The notes beneath the pieces are model-generated. The model made no database searches. It worked only from the letters and a program-made list of their open reading frames with translations, and was not told the DNA's origin. Positions 1 to 9,628 of a stretch of DNA of 62,841 nt are shown in pieces (within the stretch, counting starts at the first letter, position 1; each line of letters starts with the position of its first letter). Source of the stretch: Candidatus Avelusimicrobium gallicola (GTDB lineage: Bacteria; Elusimicrobiota; Elusimicrobia; Elusimicrobiales; UBA9959); NCBI GenBank assembly GCA_020722185.1, contig DYLH01000007.1, positions 1-62,841 of the forward strand, read 5' to 3'. The position numbers and the translations under genes are program-made.

Positions 1-17
1 ACAATCTAGGGAGGCAT

Positions 18-170
18 ATGAGTGAAAAGATTCTTGTAATAGAGGATGAAAAAAGAGCTTTTACTCACTATGGAAAAATAATAGATATATCTTTTGAAAT
101 AAAAAAATACCTCAAGTCACTCAAAGGCAGAAAGGGCAGCATATATCTTAAAGACAGACGCCAAGATTAA
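18..170 (+). CDS. 50-aa small ORF with a receiver-domain-like N-terminus (possible truncated response regulator)
   Basis: Read by hand: GGGAGG SD then ATG at 18; MSEKILVIEDEKRAFTHYGKIIDISFEIKKYLKSLKGRKGSIYLKDRRQD*. KILVIEDE is the first strand of a REC domain, but the rest does not follow REC. Confidence 0.45.
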   Translation: MSEKILVIEDEKRAFTHYGKIIDISFEIKKYLKSLKGRKGSIYLKDRRQD

Positions 171-174
171 TCCT

Positions 175-1065
175 TTATCCCTTTGGATGAAATTTTTTGT
201 GCATCTCCTTTAACTGAGTATTGTCTAGATGAGTATATATTTGAGTTGTGTTGAGACTGGCATGTCCAAGCATCTCTCCAATAGAGCGCAAGTCAGCCCC
301 ACGTTGAAGGAGATGAGTGGCAAAGCTGTGCCTGAGCAAATGCGGATGTACTTTTTTTTGAAGTCCCGCTTCTGACGCGAATCTTTTTATATCTTTCCAC
401 AACTGCACCCTGCTTATTTTTTTGCCAGATTTATTCAAAAATACCCAGGATTGAGCCGCGCGTCCGCCAAATTTCAATTCTCTCAATTCAATATATTTTT
501 TTAAAATTTCGCAGGCATTTTCATTTAGAGGCACAAGCCTTTCCTTAGACCCTTTGCCAAAAACTCTCAGCCACCCCTGAGCCATATTAATATCCTCAAT
601 CTTAAGCGATGTAAGTTCTGAAATCCTTATACCGCTTGCATACAGGAGTTCCAAAACAGCAATAGTTCTTATGCTCTGATATTTGTCAGATATTTCATGG
701 GAAAGAAGTTTCTCAGTTTCATCCACAGATAAAGCCTTGGGAAGACGCTTTTCAAGTTTTGGCGCTTTGAAAGATTGTAATGGATTTTTTTTTAAAATGT
801 TTTCAAGCGCCAGAAACTTATAAAAAGCTTTTAGAGCTTCAGTTTTCCTAAACAGGGAAGAGGTTTTAAGCCCTTTCTTTTTTTCATCCCAAAGATAGTC
901 TTGAAGAAAATTTGGAGCAATTTTAAGTGGATCAAACCTCTTTTTCTCACAATAAGCAAGGAAATGTTTCAAATCCCCGACATAAGACAGAGCAGTATTT
1001 CGAGAAAGATTTCTCTCAAGCGAAAGATAGCGCCTGAAAGAATTAAGATAATCTGTGGAATCCAT
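175..1065 (-). CDS. xerD: Site-specific tyrosine recombinase XerD/XerC
   Basis: 296 aa; catalytic set LYASGIRISE (R), GKGSKER (K), HLLRHSFATH (HxxR), LGH, TQIY; N-terminal SAM-like domain. Confidence 0.9.
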   Translation of the reverse strand: MDSTDYLNSFRRYLSLERNLSRNTALSYVGDLKHFLAYCEKKRFDPLKIAPNFLQDYLWDEKKKGLKTSSLFRKTEALKAFYKFLALENILKKNPLQSFKAPKLEKRLPKALSVDETEKLLSHEISDKYQSIRTIAVLELLYASGIRISELTSLKIEDINMAQGWLRVFGKGSKERLVPLNENACEILKKYIELRELKFGGRAAQSWVFLNKSGKKISRVQLWKDIKRFASEAGLQKKVHPHLLRHSFATHLLQRGADLRSIGEMLGHASLNTTQIYTHLDNTQLKEMHKKFHPKG

Positions 1066-1087
1066 AAAAGCCTGTCAATAAATACAA

Positions 1088-2164
1088 TTATTGTTTGCCT
1101 TTTCGGACTTTTTCTTCCTTCTTTTCTTTTGCTGTCTGCGAATTGTCTATAGTATTATCCTTTTCTACACCGCTATTAAGCAATCTATCCTTAAGTTCTT
1201 TTTCTATAGACTCGGCTATTTCATGTTTTTCTTTGAGAAAAGATTTGGCATTTTCTCTGCCCTGTCCAATCCTTTCCCCTCTATACTCGAACCAACTCCC
1301 TGTCTTTTCTATTAATCCAGTTTCAACCCCCATATCCAATATGCAACCTTCCCTTGAAATTCCCACTCCATTTATCATCTCAAATTCCGCCACTCTATAT
1401 GGAGGCGCCACTTTGTTTTTGACTATTTTCACTCTTATTCTTGCTCCTGCAACCACATCCCCTTGTTTGAGAGTTTCTATTTTTCTTATATCTAAACGCA
1501 CAGAAGAATAAAATTTAAGAGCGAGACCTCCGGGTGTAGTTTCTGGATTGCCAAACATCACACCTATTTTATGCCTTATTTGGTTTATGAATATTATAGC
1601 CGTTTTACTATTAGCGGCGATGGCGGTCAATTTTCTAAGAGCCTGTGACATAAGCCTAGCCTGTAAACCTACATGCTGATCCCCCATTTCTCCTTCTATT
1701 TCAGCTTTTGGCACAAGGGCTGCAACCGAGTCTATCACAATTATATCCACGGCGCCAGAACGAACAAGTTTCTCAGTTATCTCTAAAGCCTGTTCTCCAC
1801 TATCTGGCTGAGATATAAGCAAGTTATCTATATCTACTCCTATTTTCTTTGCGTAGTAAGGATCCAGAGCATGTTCAGCGTCTATGAAAGCCGCCATACC
1901 ACCTTTTTTTTGCGCTTCAGCTATTATATGCAAGGTTAAAGTGGTCTTTCCACTCGCCTCTGGACCAAAAATCTCTATAACTCTTCCACGTGGAAGTCCA
2001 CCTACACCTAGAGCCAGATCAAGAGAAAGAGCACCGGTAGGTATAGCTGCAACCTGTCCCTTGGCCGCTTTTTCTCCAAGTTTCATAATGGCTTCCTTGC
2101 CAAAACTTTTCTCTATTTGACTGAGGGCCGCTTCAAGCGCCTGTTTTTTTTCATCTTTTGACAT
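1088..2164 (-). CDS. recA: Recombinase RecA
   Basis: GPEASGKTT Walker [35 protein letters not shown]; GGAGG SD. Confidence 0.99.
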   Translation of the reverse strand: MSKDEKKQALEAALSQIEKSFGKEAIMKLGEKAAKGQVAAIPTGALSLDLALGVGGLPRGRVIEIFGPEASGKTTLTLHIIAEAQKKGGMAAFIDAEHALDPYYAKKIGVDIDNLLISQPDSGEQALEITEKLVRSGAVDIIVIDSVAALVPKAEIEGEMGDQHVGLQARLMSQALRKLTAIAANSKTAIIFINQIRHKIGVMFGNPETTPGGLALKFYSSVRLDIRKIETLKQGDVVAGARIRVKIVKNKVAPPYRVAEFEMINGVGISREGCILDMGVETGLIEKTGSWFEYRGERIGQGRENAKSFLKEKHEIAESIEKELKDRLLNSGVEKDNTIDNSQTAKEKKEEKVRKGKQ

Positions 2165-2219
2165 TGTTCCTCCATCTGGCGAATTTAAAAGATCGCCAAA
2201 ATTTTTCTTTGCTAATCTA

Positions 2220-2254
2220 AGTATAACATATTACCGCGACAACATATTGTCGCG
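2220..2254 (-). promoter_or_regulatory. recA promoter: extended -10 (TGtTATACT) with a 20-bp palindrome over the -35 position
   Basis: TATACT at 2225-2220 preceded by TGt; perfect inverted repeat CGCGACAA-cata-TTGTCGCG at 2235-2254. Confidence 0.55.
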
Positions 2255-2269
2255 CAAAATAAGCATAAA

Positions 2270-2917
2270 CTATGGCCAATGCTTATTTTCTAAATCAAAT
2301 CTCGAAAGCTCTGCGCCTATTTCTATACATCTTTGAGATATATCATCGCCTCGATTTACATAAAATGGCGTACCATAAACAACTCGCGCTTTTGAAAAAG
2401 GCATTGGCAATTCAAATTTATCCCATGATTTTTCAAAAACCTTTTTTTTCTCAACTTTAAAAGTCACAGGCACTATAGCCGCTTCAGTTAATTGGGACAA
2501 AAAAATAGCCCCTGGTTTAACTTCATGCAAAGGCCCCTTTGGGCCATCTACCGCAACAGCGCAGTCATATCCTTCCCTGATAGCTCTTATCATCTCACGC
2601 AAAGCTTTTGTCCCCCCACGAGAGCTGGATCCTCTGACGCATTTATATCCAAATTTTTCAAGTATCGCTGTTAACATATCTCCATCTTTTGACAAACTTG
2701 TAAGTATAACTATGTTTTTCTTTCTGTGGGTATATGTGGCAAGAAATAGTTTTCCATGCCAGAGCACATAAATTATTCTTTTTCCCTCATTTCTGAGTCT
2801 CTCTACAATATCTCCATTCATAAACTCAATTTTTAAACTTTTGGATATAATGTTAATTATAAACCAGGCTAAAGTCGGGACGAGTAAATTGCGTATATAA
2901 AGTTTAAGCCCATTCAT
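2270..2917 (-). CDS. Lysophospholipid acyltransferase family protein (DUF374-type)
   Basis: WHG motif, SLSKDGD, RGSSSRGG, VDGPKGP, WDKFELPMPF. Confidence 0.8.
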   Translation of the reverse strand: MNGLKLYIRNLLVPTLAWFIINIISKSLKIEFMNGDIVERLRNEGKRIIYVLWHGKLFLATYTHRKKNIVILTSLSKDGDMLTAILEKFGYKCVRGSSSRGGTKALREMIRAIREGYDCAVAVDGPKGPLHEVKPGAIFLSQLTEAAIVPVTFKVEKKKVFEKSWDKFELPMPFSKARVVYGTPFYVNRGDDISQRCIEIGAELSRFDLENKHWP

Positions 2918-2985
2918 CCTTATAATTATATAAATTATTGAATTTTGCCTTTAACTTAAATAAAATAAGCTGATGGAGGAATAAT

Positions 2986-3978
2986 ATGATTTTTTTCGTG
3001 ATTTTTTTATCCTTAATTTCCAATCTTTCCGCCATCCCCGTAGAGCTTAAGGATGGGACCAAAATAGAGGGCGAAGTGCAGGGATTCATTGATGACTCCT
3101 ATGCAATAAAGACTAAATATGGCATACTGACTATAAAGAAAGAAGATATTCTCAATGCGCAAGATCTTGAAATTGAACAAGAGAAAATATCAAACAATGA
3201 AGAAAATATATCTTCAGACACAGTCAGTAATAATCATATCGAAGAAACACTGACATTTGAAGTAATAAATTCAAGCGGCGAAATTAAAAAGATATATTAT
3301 GAAAATTCAATCGCAATAGCTACAAGAACATATTCTCAAAACAATGTGCTTATTTCACAGGATGGAAATATAAAAGATGGCACATATACCCAAAGATATT
3401 CCTCTGGCAACATAAAAGCTCAATTGCAATTTGAAAATGAGAAAGAAAACGGTTTAGCTAAATTTTTTTATGAAAATGGAAATATGCAAGCAAGGGCACA
3501 ATACAAAAACGGTTTGCTTGATGGGACGCTTTTTTCATATTCTCCAGAAGGAATTCTTCTTTCAGAACAAAACTACAAAGAAGGCCTTCTCGACGGGAGT
3601 TTTTGCGAATACAATATTGACGGTTCCATTAAAAGCAAAACATTTTATCTAAAGGGAGAGAAAATAGAGCCTCAAAAAGAAACTCCTCAAAATAAAAAAA
3701 TCGCTGAAGAAGAGCCTTTGAGCGCAAAAAAAATAAAAGTGGCAAGAGGATATAGATTCATTGTATATCTTGAAAAAAAATATAAGGCCTCATTCACCAT
3801 ACTTAATAATGGAGTGGAACTAAAAAATAGAAGAGAAGGAGAACTTCCTGATGGCCAGCTAAAAGTTTATTCAGAAGATGGGCAACTTACTGATGAATTT
3901 GTTTTCAAAAACAATAGCATATTAAGGTATTCCAAAATTTCAAACGGTAAAACTGAAATTTTTGATTTCAGCGAATAG
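2986..3978 (+). CDS. Secreted protein with MORN-variant (YwqK-like) repeats
   Basis: Signal peptide; repeated G-x-x-x-x-Y/F-x-x-G-x-x units (DGTYTQRYSSGNIK, NGLAKFFYENGNMQ, DGTLFSYSPEGIL); GGAGG SD. Confidence 0.7.
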   Translation: MIFFVIFLSLISNLSAIPVELKDGTKIEGEVQGFIDDSYAIKTKYGILTIKKEDILNAQDLEIEQEKISNNEENISSDTVSNNHIEETLTFEVINSSGEIKKIYYENSIAIATRTYSQNNVLISQDGNIKDGTYTQRYSSGNIKAQLQFENEKENGLAKFFYENGNMQARAQYKNGLLDGTLFSYSPEGILLSEQNYKEGLLDGSFCEYNIDGSIKSKTFYLKGEKIEPQKETPQNKKIAEEEPLSAKKIKVARGYRFIVYLEKKYKASFTILNNGVELKNRREGELPDGQLKVYSEDGQLTDEFVFKNNSILRYSKISNGKTEIFDFSE

Positions 3979-4007
3979 ATAGGTGGCACTTAGTTAAAAT
4001 ATAAAGA

Positions 4008-4619
4008 TTAAATCTTTTTTTCAAAAACCATAGGATTGCTGTCTGATGCCTCGAACCCTATAAGTTTTAGATATTTTATATGCTGTTTATTGTCTGTTTC
4101 TGCCACTATTTTTTCAAAGCCTGCAAACTCAGATGCAATTTGAGAGGAATCATAAAAACATCTGGCATTTTTCAGATCTCTGTAATCAGGCATCACATAA
4201 TCGAGAATCACCCTTATTTCTTTACCTTCTTTTATAAATATAAATGCGCCAATAGCAGAAATATTTCTCATTATAAGAAAACATTCGGCTTTTTCAAGGG
4301 AGACATCAGTAAATCTTGGGAAAAAACTGATTATGTCTTTTCCATTATATGATAGAAAGTATTTAAGTAAAGTATCCTGTGAACTAGTTTTTACAAATTT
4401 AAATATATCTTTTTTACTTTTAAGCGCATGTATGTAATATGCATCAACAATAACCACAAAAAGATTGGCAACCGCAACCGCATAAGCCTTAAGCGCAAAA
4501 CCATAAAAAACAAATATGAGAGAGCCAATCAGATTTATCACTCTAAGGCGAAAGACATTGCTCATTAAAAGAGATATGGCAACTAGAATTGAGCCTATGT
4601 AACCTATTATCTCAAGCAT
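4008..4619 (-). CDS. YgjV-like inner-membrane protein with a soluble C-terminal domain
   Basis: Three N-terminal hydrophobic helices (IGYIGSILVAISLLM...RLRVINLIGS), then about 135 aa of soluble sequence. Confidence 0.6.
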   Translation of the reverse strand: MLEIIGYIGSILVAISLLMSNVFRLRVINLIGSLIFVFYGFALKAYAVAVANLFVVIVDAYYIHALKSKKDIFKFVKTSSQDTLLKYFLSYNGKDIISFFPRFTDVSLEKAECFLIMRNISAIGAFIFIKEGKEIRVILDYVMPDYRDLKNARCFYDSSQIASEFAGFEKIVAETDNKQHIKYLKLIGFEASDSNPMVFEKKI

Positions 4620-4621
4620 AT

Positions 4622-5563
4622 TTATTTCTCTTCCATTGAAGATTCAATCTGATAATAAGCAGAAACTATTTTAGCTATCTGTGATATAAACCTTTTTGCG
4701 CTTTTATAATTTGGACCATTTAGGGTTAAAACTGCTAAAAGATAATCCCCATTAGGGGAAAAAACTATTCCCACATCATGACATGCTTTTCTGAGAAGTC
4801 CAGTTTTGTGACCAATACTCCATTCTCTCGGAGTGCCACTTCTAAGTCTGGATCGACTCTTATTTCCTTTGAGTATTTCAAGCATAGATAAACTGGCATT
4901 CTGGGAAACCATTTCTTTTTTATAAATTTCCTCAAAGATGAAAGCTATTTCTCTGGCAGTTGTATAATTTTCATTTTTAACCGGAAAGGAACTCAAAGAT
5001 AATCCGTCCTGGCATATATTGGTCACTTTTAATCCAAGCATTTGAAATTCTTTTTGAAAAAAATACATTCCGAAATTATCTATCAGCATCTGAGTCGCTG
5101 TATTGTCGCTCTCGGTTATCATCTTGTAAATAGTTTCAAGAATGCTTATTCTTGTTCCTTCTCTAGCCCATTTCAATGTGCCAGAACCAGATCTTCTATC
5201 TCTATTTCTCAATATTAGTTCTGAATTTAGATCCAGTTTTTCTTTCTCTGCCAGGGCAAACACGCTTACCATTACAGGCACTTTAACAAGGCTTGCCGAA
5301 GGGAATTTCTTATCGCCATTGAAATCCCACTCACGAGATGTATTGAAATCTTTTATCAGAATTGCAACTTTGCCTGGATATCTTAAAGCCGTCTCATGCA
5401 TCTTTGTGGTCATTTCATTCCAGACAGATTCATTCATGACAAATTTTTTTTTAGGGCTTGAGCTATACTTTACATCTGAGAAAAAGCCAGATTTATAGGC
5501 AAAATATAAACCAAAAGCCACTATAACGGCTATGTAAATAACTATTTTTCCGCTTCTTTTCAT
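4622..5563 (-). CDS. Serine hydrolase of the class A beta-lactamase/PBP fold, membrane-anchored
   Basis: SxxK (SASLVK), SDN (TESDNTAT), KTG (GHKTG); N-terminal signal anchor. Confidence 0.85.
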   Translation of the reverse strand: MKRSGKIVIYIAVIVAFGLYFAYKSGFFSDVKYSSSPKKKFVMNESVWNEMTTKMHETALRYPGKVAILIKDFNTSREWDFNGDKKFPSASLVKVPVMVSVFALAEKEKLDLNSELILRNRDRRSGSGTLKWAREGTRISILETIYKMITESDNTATQMLIDNFGMYFFQKEFQMLGLKVTNICQDGLSLSSFPVKNENYTTAREIAFIFEEIYKKEMVSQNASLSMLEILKGNKSRSRLRSGTPREWSIGHKTGLLRKACHDVGIVFSPNGDYLLAVLTLNGPNYKSAKRFISQIAKIVSAYYQIESSMEEK

Positions 5564-5574
5564 TTATAGAAAAC

Positions 5575-8043
5575 TTATTTTATCTTCATTGTGAGGTTCT
5601 CGCCTTTTTCATCCACGTCAATGGCTATGACATCTTTTTCTTTAGCCATATTGACAAGTATGAATTCAGACATCGGATCTTCCACCATTTTTTGAACTGT
5701 TCTAATTATTGGTCTGGCACCATAATTTGGATCAAATCCTTTTTTGACCAGCAACTCTTTTGCTTTCTCAGTTATTTCCATTGAAAAGCCTCGCTCTTTT
5801 AGCTTTGAATACACTTTGCCCAGATGTATTTCAAGTATTTTTCTCATATCAGCTTCAGTTAAAGGCCTGAAAACTATTATTTCGTCTACGCGGTTTATAA
5901 ACTCTGGATTGAAAACTCTCTTAACTTCATCCATCACGGTGTCTTTCATTTCCTTATAATCCCTTTCCTTGTCCTCTTGTGGAATAAAACCGAGGGATTT
6001 TCCTTTTGATATAAGTCTGGCTCCGACATTTGAGGTCATTATTATTATCGTATTTTTAAAACTCACTTTATGGCCAAGACTGTCCGTAAGATTTCCTTCA
6101 TCCATAACCTGAAGAAGTATGTTAAACACATCAGGGTGGGCTTTTTCTATTTCATCAAGCACCACTACTGAATAGGGTTTTCGTCTTACAAGCTCTGTCA
6201 ATTTTCCGCCCTCCTCATATCCTACATATCCTGGAGGCGCGCCTATTAACCTTGAAACAGAAAACTTCTCCATGTACTCAGACATATCTATTCTAACCAT
6301 AGAGTCTTCATTACCGAATAGAAACTCAGCCAAAGTTCTGGCCAACTCTGTTTTTCCAACTCCTGTTGGGCCAAGAAATATAAAATTTCCTATAGGCTTT
6401 TTTGGATCTTTCATCCCTGTTCTGGATCTCTTTATGGCCTGAGATATTATCCTGACAGCCTCATCCTGTCCTATGAGACGCTTATGAAGTTCTTCTTCCA
6501 TATGTATGAGTTTTTCAGTCTCGCTCTGATTAAGCCTCGTGACAGGAATTCCAGTCCATTTTGACGCAACTATAGCTATATCTTCTTCACTTACCACTGG
6601 CCACTTCTTTTCCCTTTCCTCGCGCCATTTCTTCTTCATTTCCTCTATTTCTTTTTTAAGCGCTTTCTTTTTCTCTTTTAATTTAGAGAGTTTGGCGCTA
6701 TCCTGTTCTTCCATAAGTTCTTTTTCTTTTTTTAGTAAATCTTCAAGCTCTTTCTCTTTCTGCTTAAACTCTATAGGGTAAACCGACAGTTTCAATCTGG
6801 CCCTGGACCCAGCTTCGTCAAGTAAATCTATGGCCTTGTCTGGAAGAGCCCTGTCTGTTATATATTTATCTGAGAGGGTGGCGGCTGTGACTATGGCGCT
6901 TTCAGTGTATTTACATTTATGATGATTTTCGTATTTATCTTTGAGACCTTTGAGTATTTCTATTGTCTCATCAAGAGTTGGCGGATCGACTATTATTGGC
7001 TGAAAACGCCTTTCAAGAGCGGGATCATGTTCTATATGTTTTCTATACTCATCAAATGTAGTTGCGCCTATACATTGAAGCTCGCCACGAGCTAAAGCTG
7101 GTTTTAGCATATTGGATGCGTCTATGGCTCCCTCAGCCGCTCCCGCCCCAATTACAGTGTGAAGTTCATCTATAAAAACTATAACTGAATTTTTGGCTTT
7201 GCGTATTTCTTCTATTATGCTTTTTAATCGCTGTTCAAATTCGCCACGATATTTTGTCCCAGCAACTATTGAAGCTAAATCAAGGCTTAAAAGGCGCTTT
7301 CCAGACAAAGTGTCTGATATATCTTCCGAAACTATCTTTTGTGCTAACCCTTCCACTATTGCTGTTTTGCCTACCCCAGGCTCGCCAATTAAAACTGGAT
7401 TATTTTTTGTCCTTCTGCCAAGTACTTGAACAAGCCTGTCTATCTCATTTTCTCTGCCTATTACAGGGTCTAGCATTCCATCTCTAGCCAGTTGTGTCAT
7501 ATCTCTGGCAAATTCATCTAAAGTTGGAGTTTTTGTTTTTGTGGTTTTTGCGGACGATCTTGGATGGTGCAAATCTTTGTTCTCTTCTTCATCTCTATAC
7601 ACACCGCCAGAAGAAGTGTTTATAATCTCTTCTACTACCATATTGTACTTGACGCCTATGCTTTGCAATATTTTTGACGCTATACCATCATCTTCCCTTA
7701 TTATGCCAAGAAGTATATGTTCCGTGCCTATAAAGGTCTGTCCAAGCTTTTGCGCTTCTTCAAAAGCATATTCAAGAACTTTCTTACTTTTTGTGGTAAA
7801 TTCTATATCGCCTAAAAGCATCATATTGTCGCCGGGTTTCAAGACTTCGACCAATTTTGATTTTATCCTTCTTGCATCAAAACCAAGCTTTGTAAGTATA
7901 CGCATAGCAAGCGAATCTTCAACCATAAGTATTCCAAGCAATATATGTTCGCTACCTATATAAGCGTGACCAAGCCTCTTGGCTTCTTGTTGAGCGACAT
8001 TTATTATCTTTTTGGAATTTTCTGTAAATCTTTCTCCGGGCAT
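5575..8043 (-). CDS. clpC: ATP-dependent Clp protease ATP-binding subunit ClpC
   Basis: Two Clp-N repeats, GEPGVGKT and GPTGVGKT Walker A motifs, short coiled-coil M domain, SLGF ClpP-docking loop. Confidence 0.95.
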   Translation of the reverse strand: MPGERFTENSKKIINVAQQEAKRLGHAYIGSEHILLGILMVEDSLAMRILTKLGFDARRIKSKLVEVLKPGDNMMLLGDIEFTTKSKKVLEYAFEEAQKLGQTFIGTEHILLGIIREDDGIASKILQSIGVKYNMVVEEIINTSSGGVYRDEEENKDLHHPRSSAKTTKTKTPTLDEFARDMTQLARDGMLDPVIGRENEIDRLVQVLGRRTKNNPVLIGEPGVGKTAIVEGLAQKIVSEDISDTLSGKRLLSLDLASIVAGTKYRGEFEQRLKSIIEEIRKAKNSVIVFIDELHTVIGAGAAEGAIDASNMLKPALARGELQCIGATTFDEYRKHIEHDPALERRFQPIIVDPPTLDETIEILKGLKDKYENHHKCKYTESAIVTAATLSDKYITDRALPDKAIDLLDEAGSRARLKLSVYPIEFKQKEKELEDLLKKEKELMEEQDSAKLSKLKEKKKALKKEIEEMKKKWREEREKKWPVVSEEDIAIVASKWTGIPVTRLNQSETEKLIHMEEELHKRLIGQDEAVRIISQAIKRSRTGMKDPKKPIGNFIFLGPTGVGKTELARTLAEFLFGNEDSMVRIDMSEYMEKFSVSRLIGAPPGYVGYEEGGKLTELVRRKPYSVVVLDEIEKAHPDVFNILLQVMDEGNLTDSLGHKVSFKNTIIIMTSNVGARLISKGKSLGFIPQEDKERDYKEMKDTVMDEVKRVFNPEFINRVDEIIVFRPLTEADMRKILEIHLGKVYSKLKERGFSMEITEKAKELLVKKGFDPNYGARPIIRTVQKMVEDPMSEFILVNMAKEKDVIAIDVDEKGENLTMKIK

Positions 8044-8054
8044 AATACCTCCTA

Positions 8055-9392
8055 TTATTTTTTTTCAACTAAAATTTTAAATCCTTTTACTTCTTTAACC
8101 AAAATCTCGCATCCTTGGGGCAAATTGCCTGAAAGGCTTTCAGCTTCCCATATTTCACCACCTATAAGAACGCTACCTTTAGGATTTAAGTCCGTTTTAG
8201 CCAACCCTTTTTTATTGACCAGCGATTCTATACCGGTAACTGGCTTCCTCATCTGAGAACGTAAAACTATCCACGCGAGAAAAGCCGCCACTGCCAGGAT
8301 ACCAATTAAATTAACTATCAGCACACTTGGAGAAACAGATACACCGCTTATATCTGGGTTTTTAAAAAGTATAAGTGTCCCAAGTATTATTGACACAATT
8401 CCCCCTATGCTCAACATACCATAACTCATAACTTTTATTTCAACAAGAAAGAAAATAAAACCTAAAAGTATCAATGCCAATCCGGCAAAATTGGCTGAAA
8501 GGGTTTGAAAAGAATAAAAACCGAGTATCATGGAAATTCCGCCCACTATGCCCGGCAGTATAAGGCCAGGATTGTAAAGTTCTATAAAAATACCTATGGC
8601 GCCCACACTTGCCAGCACCATTGCTATGTTTGGATCTGTTATAGCCGCAAGAAATTTCTGGCGACCACTCATATCAAAGGACTCTATCTGAACCGACTTG
8701 GCTATTACTTTTCCATATTCATCTAAATATAATCCATCTAATTTTGAGAAAAACTCATTCATATCTGCGGCTATAAAATCCACAACTTTTTTTTCCACAG
8801 CTTCATTGGCTGATATGGAATCGCTTTTTACCACGGCTTTTATGGCCCAATCCACATTTCTGCCTTTCTGTTGGGTTATAGACTTTATATAAGCTGAAGC
8901 ATCATTTAGAGCTTTTTCTTCCATCGCGCTTTTATCTTTTTTTTCTTTTTCCTTAATGCCTGATATGTCGCCAGCGCCAAGCATAACTGGATGGGCCGCG
9001 CCTATATTCGTGCCCGGGCTCATGGCGGCAATATTGGCGGCCATAGTTATGAATACTCCAGCTGAAGCCGCTCTTCCGCCCTGAGGGCTGACATAAACAG
9101 CTATCGGCACCTTAGAAGAAAGCATTTTTTTTATTATCTCTCTCATTGAAAGGTCAAGGCCGCCCGGAGTATCCAGTCGTATTATGAGTATGTCATAGCC
9201 TTCTTTTGAAGCCTTATCTATGGCGCTGCTGATATACTCAGCGGCAACTGGGATTATCACTCCTGAATAAGAAGATACGAGAGCTTTGGAAATTTTATAT
9301 TCTTTGACATCGTTAGGAGTTTTTTTAGATTGCGCAGAAAATAAGCCCTGCGCAAAAAGCAGAATGAATATGTAAAAAATAATCTTCTTCAT
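8055..9392 (-). CDS. nfeD: NfeD family membrane-bound ClpP-class serine protease (long form)
   Basis: Signal peptide, LDTPGG, RAASAG, GTNIGAAHPV, multi-TM region, C-terminal OB-fold (GEIWEA). Confidence 0.9.
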   Translation of the reverse strand: MKKIIFYIFILLFAQGLFSAQSKKTPNDVKEYKISKALVSSYSGVIIPVAAEYISSAIDKASKEGYDILIIRLDTPGGLDLSMREIIKKMLSSKVPIAVYVSPQGGRAASAGVFITMAANIAAMSPGTNIGAAHPVMLGAGDISGIKEKEKKDKSAMEEKALNDASAYIKSITQQKGRNVDWAIKAVVKSDSISANEAVEKKVVDFIAADMNEFFSKLDGLYLDEYGKVIAKSVQIESFDMSGRQKFLAAITDPNIAMVLASVGAIGIFIELYNPGLILPGIVGGISMILGFYSFQTLSANFAGLALILLGFIFFLVEIKVMSYGMLSIGGIVSIILGTLILFKNPDISGVSVSPSVLIVNLIGILAVAAFLAWIVLRSQMRKPVTGIESLVNKKGLAKTDLNPKGSVLIGGEIWEAESLSGNLPQGCEILVKEVKGFKILVEKK

Positions 9393-9628
9393 AGCATATA
9401 AAGGCGTAAAGAGAAATTTCGCCCATTAAATTATACATTTTTTTAAATTTATTTATGAGCTCACCATCAAATCAAAAATAACCTAACTAAATCCATAAAT
9501 TACAAGTTCTCTCTATAAAGCGTGCGCAAGCAAGCTAGCTAGTAAGTTTTAAGTGTTTTGGATATTTATCGCTCTAATTTTTTGGCGTTTTAGTTGGGAT
9601 AAGTATTCTAGTTATATTACTTGATATC

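Noticed and set aside
175-1065. Tyrosine recombinase as a prophage or island integrase
   Set aside because: Size and motifs fit chromosomal XerC/D; it lies in an operon with recA and has no att site or cargo genes.
2071-2164. recA-xerD co-transcription, and the basic RecA C-tail encoded at 1088-1150, as novelty
   Set aside because: RecA tails are highly variable and the gene order alone gives no testable new function.
4622-5563. Calling the serine hydrolase an antibiotic-resistance beta-lactamase
   Set aside because: The deacylation Glu motif is not visible and the context is housekeeping.
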